A stretch of DNA of 64,000 nt from Gemmatimonadota bacterium (GTDB lineage: Bacteria; Gemmatimonadota; Gemmatimonadetes; Longimicrobiales; Gaopeijiaceae): positions 52,857 through 116,856 of the forward strand of contig JAXHMG010000001.1 of the NCBI GenBank assembly GCA_034521595.1. Direction: 5' to 3'. Under the pieces are notes generated by a model. It saw only the letters and a list, made by a program, of their open reading frames with translations. It was not told where the DNA came from and ran no database searches. Shown here piece after piece: positions 57,873 to 64,000 of this stretch. The position numbers and the translations under genes are program-made. Position 1 is the stretch's first letter, and the number at the start of each line of letters is the position of its first letter.

Positions 57873-60287
57873 GTGACCCCGAGCGCCCGCCTCTCGCTCT
57901 CGGTCGGCGCCGCGTCGGCCGCCATCATCGCCTTCCAACTGGTGGTGATGCAGCTCCTGTCGATCGCGCAGTGGCACCACTTCGCGTACATGGTGATCTC
58001 CATGGCGCTGCTCGGCTTCGGGGCGGCGGGGACCGCGCTCGTGCTGCTGCGGGGGTTCCTCGACCGTCACTACGACCGCGCGCTCCCGCTGCTCTACCTC
58101 GCGAGCGGCGTGAGCATGGCGGCGAGCGTCTGGCTCTCCGGCCTGGCCGGCGACTTCGATGCCTTCCTGCTGTTCTTCGAGCCCGGGCAGGTGGGACTGC
58201 TCGTGGTGTCGTACCTGATCTACTTCCTCCCTTTCTTCTTCGGCGGACTCGCGATCACGCTGGTCTTCTACCGGGAGGTCGATCGCATCGGCGTCCTGTA
58301 CTTCGCCAACATGGTGGGCTCGGGCGCCGGCTCGGTCCTGGTGCTCGGCCTGCTCTGGATGCTTCCGCCCGAGGCCCTCTCCGGCGTGCTGGCGCTCCTT
58401 CTCGTCACGGCCGCGTGGCTCACCCGTCCGCCCGCCGTCCGCCGGCCCCTCCTGACGGTCCTGGCGGTCGCCGGCGTCCTGATCCCCGCAGTCGCCATCG
58501 CGCGTCCGAGCGTGCCGGAGCCCTCGGAGTACAAGCCGCTCCACGCCGCGCTGCTCCTCCCCGGCGCCGAGGTCGTGCACCGGGCTTCGAGCCCGCACGG
58601 GCTGCTGGAGGTGGTCCGGGGGGACGCCCAGCGGTTCGCGCCCTCGCTGAGCCTGCAGTATCCGGGCGAGCCGCCGGTGCGCGACGTCGCCTTCAACAAC
58701 GGCGAGTACTACGGAACGCTCCTGGGCCGGGGCGGAGGTGAGCACGGGCACATCCTCGACCACACGACCCGCGGCCTTCCGTACGCGGCGCGCCGGCCGG
58801 ACTCGGTGCTGGTGCTCGAGGCAGCCACCGGAACCGACGTCTCGCACGCGCTCAGCCACGACGCGGCGAGCGTCACGGCGGTGGAGCCGCACCGGCAGGC
58901 GAACGACCTGCTGACGGACGTGCATCCGGAGTGGATCGACAGCCTCTATCACGACTCCGCCGTGCGGCTCCACGAAACCAGCGCGCGCGCCCACCTCGGC
59001 CGGCGGTCAGGCGAGCGATACGACCTGATCGTCGCGCCCGTGGTGGGCTCCTTCGGCGGCACCTCCGGGGTGGACGCGCTCCGGGAGCGGTACGCGCTCA
59101 CCGTCGAAGGCTTCGGCACCATGTGGGACGCCCTCTCGGAGGACGGCGTGATCGCGGTGACCGTCTGGGAGGATCAGCCGCCACGCAACACGCTCCGGGT
59201 GCTCGCCACGTGGCGCGCTCTCTCGAGCCGGGAGGGCATCGACGACCTCCGGGCCCACGTCGTGGCGGTGCGGAGCTGGGGCACCACGACCTTCCTGCTG
59301 AGCCGAAGCCCCTGGACCGCGGACGAGGGGGAGCGCATCCGACGGTTCGCCGGGGATCTCGGGTTCGATCCGCTCATCCTCGAAGGCGTCGCGAACGAGG
59401 ACCGCGACCGCTTCAACCGGCTGCCCGACCCGGCGTACCTCGACGACATCGACACCCTGCTCGGGGGCGACCCCACGGAGCTCTTCGCGCGCTATCCGTT
59501 CGACGTGCGCGCGACCACGGACGACCGGCCGTTCTTCGCGCACTTCCTCGAGTGGTCGAGCCTCCCGGAGCTCTACGAGCGGTACGGGCCGCGTGAGCTC
59601 CCCTACCTCGAGCTCGGCTTCCTGCTCGGGGCGGTGACCTTCGTGCAGATCGTGCTCGTCGCTCTGGGCCTGATCGTCCTGCCCCTGTTCCGCGTCGGGT
59701 GGGCGGGAAGCCGGCGGCGCTGGACCTTCCTCTACTTCACCGGAACCGGGCTCGGGTTCATGCTCTTCGAGATCGTGCTGATCCAAAAGCTCACGCTCGT
59801 GCTCGGCGAGCCCGTCTACGCGACCGCCGCCGTGCTCACCACCCTGCTCGTCTGCTCCGGCGCGGGCAGCCTGACCTCGTCGAGCCTCCCCGCCACGCCC
59901 CGCTCGCTCGCGCTCGCGGGCACCGTCACCGCCGGCCTGGTCCTGCTCTACGCGCTCGGCCTCGGCCCCGTGCTCGAGCCGGCGATGGGCTGGCCGCTTC
60001 CCGCGCGCACCGTGCTGGTGTTCGGCCTGCTCGCCCCGCCCGCCTTCGTGATGGGGATGATGTTCCCCCTCGGCCTCCGCCGGCTCGCGGGCAGCGACGA
60101 GAGCCACATCCCCTGGGCCTGCGGCATCGACAGCAGCCTGTCCGTGTCGGCCACCGCCATGGCCACGCTCATGGCGCTCGAGATCGGCTTCGGTTCGGTT
60201 CTGCTCACCGCGGCCGGCGCCTACGCGGTCGTCGCGGTGGCGGGGACGCGGTTGGGGTGGAGGGTTCCGGACCGTCAAACTCGGTGA
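57873..60287 (+). CDS. polytopic membrane protein with a central spermidine-synthase-like domain
   Basis: 804 aa. About 7 TM segments, then a soluble ~330-aa region with VLVLEAATGTDVSHAL and YDLIVAPVVG (MTase motif I / post-I like), then about 7 more TM segments. Confidence 0.7.
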   Translation: MTPSARLSLSVGAASAAIIAFQLVVMQLLSIAQWHHFAYMVISMALLGFGAAGTALVLLRGFLDRHYDRALPLLYLASGVSMAASVWLSGLAGDFDAFLLFFEPGQVGLLVVSYLIYFLPFFFGGLAITLVFYREVDRIGVLYFANMVGSGAGSVLVLGLLWMLPPEALSGVLALLLVTAAWLTRPPAVRRPLLTVLAVAGVLIPAVAIARPSVPEPSEYKPLHAALLLPGAEVVHRASSPHGLLEVVRGDAQRFAPSLSLQYPGEPPVRDVAFNNGEYYGTLLGRGGGEHGHILDHTTRGLPYAARRPDSVLVLEAATGTDVSHALSHDAASVTAVEPHRQANDLLTDVHPEWIDSLYHDSAVRLHETSARAHLGRRSGERYDLIVAPVVGSFGGTSGVDALRERYALTVEGFGTMWDALSEDGVIAVTVWEDQPPRNTLRVLATWRALSSREGIDDLRAHVVAVRSWGTTTFLLSRSPWTADEGERIRRFAGDLGFDPLILEGVANEDRDRFNRLPDPAYLDDIDTLLGGDPTELFARYPFDVRATTDDRPFFAHFLEWSSLPELYERYGPRELPYLELGFLLGAVTFVQIVLVALGLIVLPLFRVGWAGSRRRWTFLYFTGTGLGFMLFEIVLIQKLTLVLGEPVYATAAVLTTLLVCSGAGSLTSSSLPATPRSLALAGTVTAGLVLLYALGLGPVLEPAMGWPLPARTVLVFGLLAPPAFVMGMMFPLGLRRLAGSDESHIPWACGIDSSLSVSATAMATLMALEIGFGSVLLTAAGAYAVVAVAGTRLGWRVPDRQTR

Positions 60288-60597
60288 GCCGGTCGCTCGC
60301 GAAATCCACCTCTTCCGCCCGGCCCATGCGACGGCTCCGGCCGATGCGGGGAGCCCGGCAGGTCCGCGCCGTCACCAGGCGCGTCCTCTCTCGATCTTGT
60401 CCGACTCGCGAGCCCCGATCTACCTTCGGTTCCGCGATCCGGCGCGCGCTCGGCCCTGCGGTCCGTGACTTTCCTCCGGTCACGAGCGGATTCAAGGGCG
60501 GGCTCGAGCCGCAGCCGTCACATCCTGCCCGCCCCGGAGCGAGCACTTGCCCGAGTCCACCTCGAGAACGGCATCGAAAACCGCGGACGGGACATCG

Positions 60598-63186
60598 ATG
60601 ACCCCGAAGAGCCCCCGGGAGCGGACCGAGGGCTCGCTTCCCCTCGTCGTTCCACTCCTCGAAGGGAAGAACGCGGAGATCGAGGAGCTGGGCGGGAAGG
60701 CCGGCGGGCTGCGCCGGCTCGTCGAGGCGGAGGTGCGGGTTCCCGACGGGTTCGTGGTGACCGGGGCGGCCCTCACCCGGTTCCTCGACTCGGTGGGGCT
60801 CGCCCCGCCGGAGCCCGACGCTCCCGAGGACGAGGTGGCCGCCTTCCGGGACCGCCTCCGGAGCGCGCCCCTCCCCGAAGAGGTGGCCGAGGCGGTGGGC
60901 CGGGCGCACCGCGAGCGGCTGCGGCCGGACGCGCCCGTCGCCGTCCGCTCCAGCGGATCCCGAGAAGACCTGGAAGGATCGAGCTTCGCGGGGATCTACG
61001 AGACCCGCCTGAACGTGCGGGGAATCGACGCGGTCCTGGACGCGGTGCGGGCGTGCTGGGTCTCGCTCTGGGCACCCCGCGTGGAGGCGTACGCCCGCCA
61101 CCGCGGGGACCGGAGTCGGCGCGCGATGGCCGTCGTCGTCCAGGAGATGGTGGAGGCCCGGGTCTCCGGCGTCCTCTTCACCGTGAACCCCCTGGACGGC
61201 CGCGAGGAGGAGATGCTCGTCGAGGCCGTCTTCGGTCTGGGCGAGGGTGCGGTCTCGGGGCGGGTCGAGGCCGACCGCTTCGTGGTGGACGCGTGGGAGG
61301 GCGCCGTCCTGGACCGCACCGTCGGGCGGAAGGAGCTGAAGGTGATGCCCACCGAGCAGGGCGTGGAGGAGGTGCCGCTGTCCGCCGAAGAGGCCGGCGC
61401 CCCCACGCTCTCCGATCCCGAGCTGTCGGAGCTCGCCGAGGCGGGCCGGCGCATCCAGGTCCACTTCGGCCGACCCATGGACGTGGAGTGGGCCTACGGG
61501 GATCAGGGGCTCTTCATCCTCCAGGCACGCCCCGTCACGGGGCTCTCCTTCTCCCCGGACGTAGGGGAGTGGACCACGGCGGACTTCCGGGACGGCGGGG
61601 TCTCGTCGGACGTGTGCACCCCGTTCATGTGGTCCCTCTACCGGGAGACCCTCTCGATCTCGCTTCCCGGGTACCTCCGGCGCCTCCGGCTCCTTCCCGA
61701 AGGCCACGAGGCCACGTGGGGGCGCATGTTCTTCGGCCGGCCCTACTGGAACCTGGGCGAAGTCAAGAAGGCGCTGTCCCGGATCCCGGGGTACGACGAG
61801 GCCGCCTTCCACGCCGACATGGGCGTGGAAGTGGACGCGGACTTCGAGGCCACCACCACGCCCACCACCTTCCGGGGCGTCCTCTCGGCTCTCCCCACCC
61901 TCGTGGCCCTGAACCGGCTCTACCGGGAGCGGCTGGAGGCCAACCGGGCCTTCGTGGATGCCTTCGAGGGACGCGTCGAGCCGTACGATCTGGACGACGA
62001 GGCGCTGCGAGCGCTGGACGACGGGTCGTTCCTGGAGAAGTACCGGCGGCTGGTGCGGGAGCATTACCTGGATACGGAGACGAGCTACTTCCTGACCATC
62101 TACAACACCTCGAACGCCAAGCAGGACCTCGAAAAAGTACTGAAGCGCGTGGGCCGGGCCCGGGGAGAAGCGGTGGACGCCCCGGCCCTCCTGAGCGGGC
62201 TCCGGGACCTCTCCCACCTCCGGCCCATGAAGGAGATGCACGGAATCGTCGCGAGGAGCTCGCCGGTCGGGGCGCCCACGTCGACGAGGAAACCGTGCGC
62301 GCCTTCGCCCGGCGGTGGCGCCACCGCGGGAGCAGGGAGCTGGACATCCGGGCGCCACGGTGGTCCGAGGACCTGGACCACGTCCGCTCCATGATGGAGA
62401 CGGCGCTGGAGAGCCACGATCCGGACCGGGACCCGGTGGCCCGGGAGGAAGCCGGACACCGGGCGTACCGGGAGATCGCTGGAGTCCCTCCTGCGGGACC
62501 TCCGTCGGCGCCCCCTCCTCCGTCGCTCGTTGCGCCGCGCTCTGACCCGCATGCGGCGCTACGCCTGGTGGCGGGAGGAGATGCGGGACCGCTCGACGTT
62601 CATGTACTACCTCGTGCGCCGGTGGACGCTCGAGGCGGCCCGCCGGGCCACGGGAGCCGGACGGCTGGCGGAGGCCGGGGACATCTGGTTCCTCTCCTGG
62701 CGGGACGTGGTGGCGCTCCTCGAGGGTCGGCTGGAGCCTGCGCGGGCCCGGGCCCTGATCGAGCAGGGACGGCACGTCCACCGCTCCTTCCGCGACTTCG
62801 ACAATCCCGACGAGATCGGCGCCCACTTCCGCGCCGGGGAGATCGACCTCGAGGGAGACGTCCGCCGGGGGACGCCGTGCGCGGGCGGGGTCGTGACCGG
62901 GCGGGCCCGGGTCCTCGAGCACCTCGACGAGGCCGGCCGCGTGGAGCCCGGGGACATCCTGGTCACGGCCTTCACCGACCCGGGATGGACCCCTCTGTTC
63001 GCCCGGATCGCCGCCGTGGTCACCGAGACGGGGGGCGTCCTCTCCCACGCCGCCGTCATCTCACGGGAGTACGGGATCCCGGCCGTCCTGGAGGTCTCCG
63101 GCGCGACCGAGGCCATCGCCGACGGAGACCGGATCCGCGTGGACGGCGACCGGGGGCTCGTGGAGATCGTGGAGCGGGCCGGGTAG
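60598..63186 (+). pseudogene. PEP-utilising enzyme of the PpsA-N/RPH-like architecture (ATP-grasp plus C-terminal swivel His domain), with two compensating frameshifts
   Basis: N-terminus LGGKAGGLRRLVEAEVRVPDGFVV, VAVRSSGSREDLEGSSFAG, RAMAVVVQEMV and MDVEWAY. C-terminus GTPCAGGVVTGRARV...PGDILVTAFTDPGWTPLF...AAVVTETGGVLSHAAVISREYGIPAV. Between ~62252 and ~62478 the conserved reading (EELAGRGAHVDEETVRAFARRWRHRGSRELDIRAPRWSED...) is in another frame. Total about 862 codons. Confidence 0.75.
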
Positions 63187-63195
63187 GACGCGGGC

Positions 63196-64000
63196 TCAGC
63201 GCTCCCGCTCGCGCTCCGAGCCCCTCCGTAGCCCGCGGCCCCAGAGACGGGCGTGCCCGGCCAGGGAGCGGAGGAGCACCCGGACGAGACGGAGCTTCCC
63301 GCCGCCGCCGGGATGGAGGCGGCCTTCCAGATACTGCTCCCGGCACCGGCTCCGCTGCCGCTTCCCGCTGGAGGTCTTGGGGATGGTGCCGCGCTCGACC
63401 AGGACCACCTCGTCTACCGACACGGTGGTCTCCTCCTGGACCCGGGTCCGGACCGCCTCCTTCAGCTCCTCGGCCCGCTCGGGGTCGAGCTCCTCTGCTC
63501 GCAGACCACGACCACCCGCTCCCGGCCCTCGTCCTCGTCGTAGACGGAGAAGGCCACGCTGGCGCCGCCCCGCACCTCCTCCAGGGTCTCGGCCGCGCGC
63601 TCGAGGTCCTCGGCGTGGTGGTTCCGGCCCCGGACGATGATGACGTCCTTCGCCCTTCCGGTCACGAAGAGGTCCCCGTCCGCCAGATAGCCGAGATCGC
63701 CGGTGTCGAGCCAGGGGCCGTCCCGGACCCGGGCGGTGGCTTCTGGATCGCGGTAATACCCGCTCATGATCGAGGGTCCCGCCACCTGGATCCGGCCCAC
63801 GTGCCGCTCCTCCACCGGCTCGCCCTCCTCGTCCACCACCCGCACCCGCTGCCCCGAGATCGGGCCGGCCCACGTTGGCCACCGGCCGGCCGTCGGGGAT
63901 GGGCCGGGCCCGACCCCGAGCCAACGCGTCCCGGTCCGGCGTCTCGAAGCGGGCGCCGGTCCCCAACGGCGCGAAGCTCACGGCCAGGGTGGCCTCGGCC
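63196..64000 (-). pseudogene. AMP-dependent ligase (fatty acyl-AMP ligase-like), 5' part outside the window, with two compensating frameshifts
   Basis: Conserved segments sit in two frames. They are GRPVANVGRP (frame a), ISGQRVRVVDEEGEPV...WLDTGDLGYLADGDLFVTGRAKDVIIVRGRNHHAEDLE...FSVYDEDEGRERVVVVCE (frame b) and AEELKEAVRTRVQEE...GTIPKTSSGKRQRSRCREQYLEG (frame a). Junctions at ~63861 and ~63500. Confidence 0.7.

Noticed and set aside
60205-63048. 947-aa minus-strand ORF antisense to the PEP-utilising enzyme gene
   Set aside because: It is a shadow ORF with a Pro/Gly/Arg-rich translation. The plus strand carries recognisable PpsA-N and swivel-domain motifs.

Overview
This is a 64-kb bacterial chromosomal window of about 70% GC. 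The lineage cannot be assigned without database searches. Gene content fits a high-GC Gram-negative such as Gemmatimonadota, but that is a guess.

Most of the window is housekeeping:
- RNA genes: an array of 11 minus-strand tRNA genes at the left edge, plus tRNA-Pro.
- Metabolism and cell structure: ppc, a bactofilin, a rhomboid protease, an ABC-F ATPase, an AsmA-family protein, CNNM, HPF and CapA-family proteins.
- Regulators: a PafBC-like pair of WYL regulators, and divergent katG-oxyR.
- Peptidases: Dcp, an S9 peptidase, an amidohydrolase and GGT.
- Transport: a modABC operon with an HTH/PBP-like regulator, and a TcyP-type cystine symporter.
- DNA repair: a tightly coupled sbcD-like/sbcC-like/addB-like/addA-like DNA-end-processing operon.
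- Others: an FG-GAP/choice-of-anchor-B surface protein, pcm, a membrane-embedded spermidine-synthase-like protein, an RPH-like PEP-utilising enzyme and a FAAL-like ligase.

The most interesting signal is not in the ORF track. Immediately upstream of tcyP, on the minus strand, there is a 32-codon leader ORF with four consecutive Cys codons. It is followed by a 1:2 hairpin, a 16-bp alternative antiterminator helix and a GC-stem/U6 terminator. Together these form a complete trp/his-style ribosome-mediated attenuator that would sense Cys-tRNA charging.

Other notable items:
- A ~0.9-kb tandem array that reiterates the 3' end of tRNA-Pro and its terminator, with compensatory hairpin changes between copies.
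- A 361-bp TA-flanked foldback MITE-like element.
- A repeated TetR-type operator that links glbN and tetR/ggt.
- A near-consensus sigma54 promoter.
- Seven single-nucleotide indels that break five otherwise intact conserved genes. These are either real decay or assembly error.

Many long ORFs in the track are off-frame or antisense shadows of real genes. All coordinates were derived by hand and may be off by a few nucleotides.
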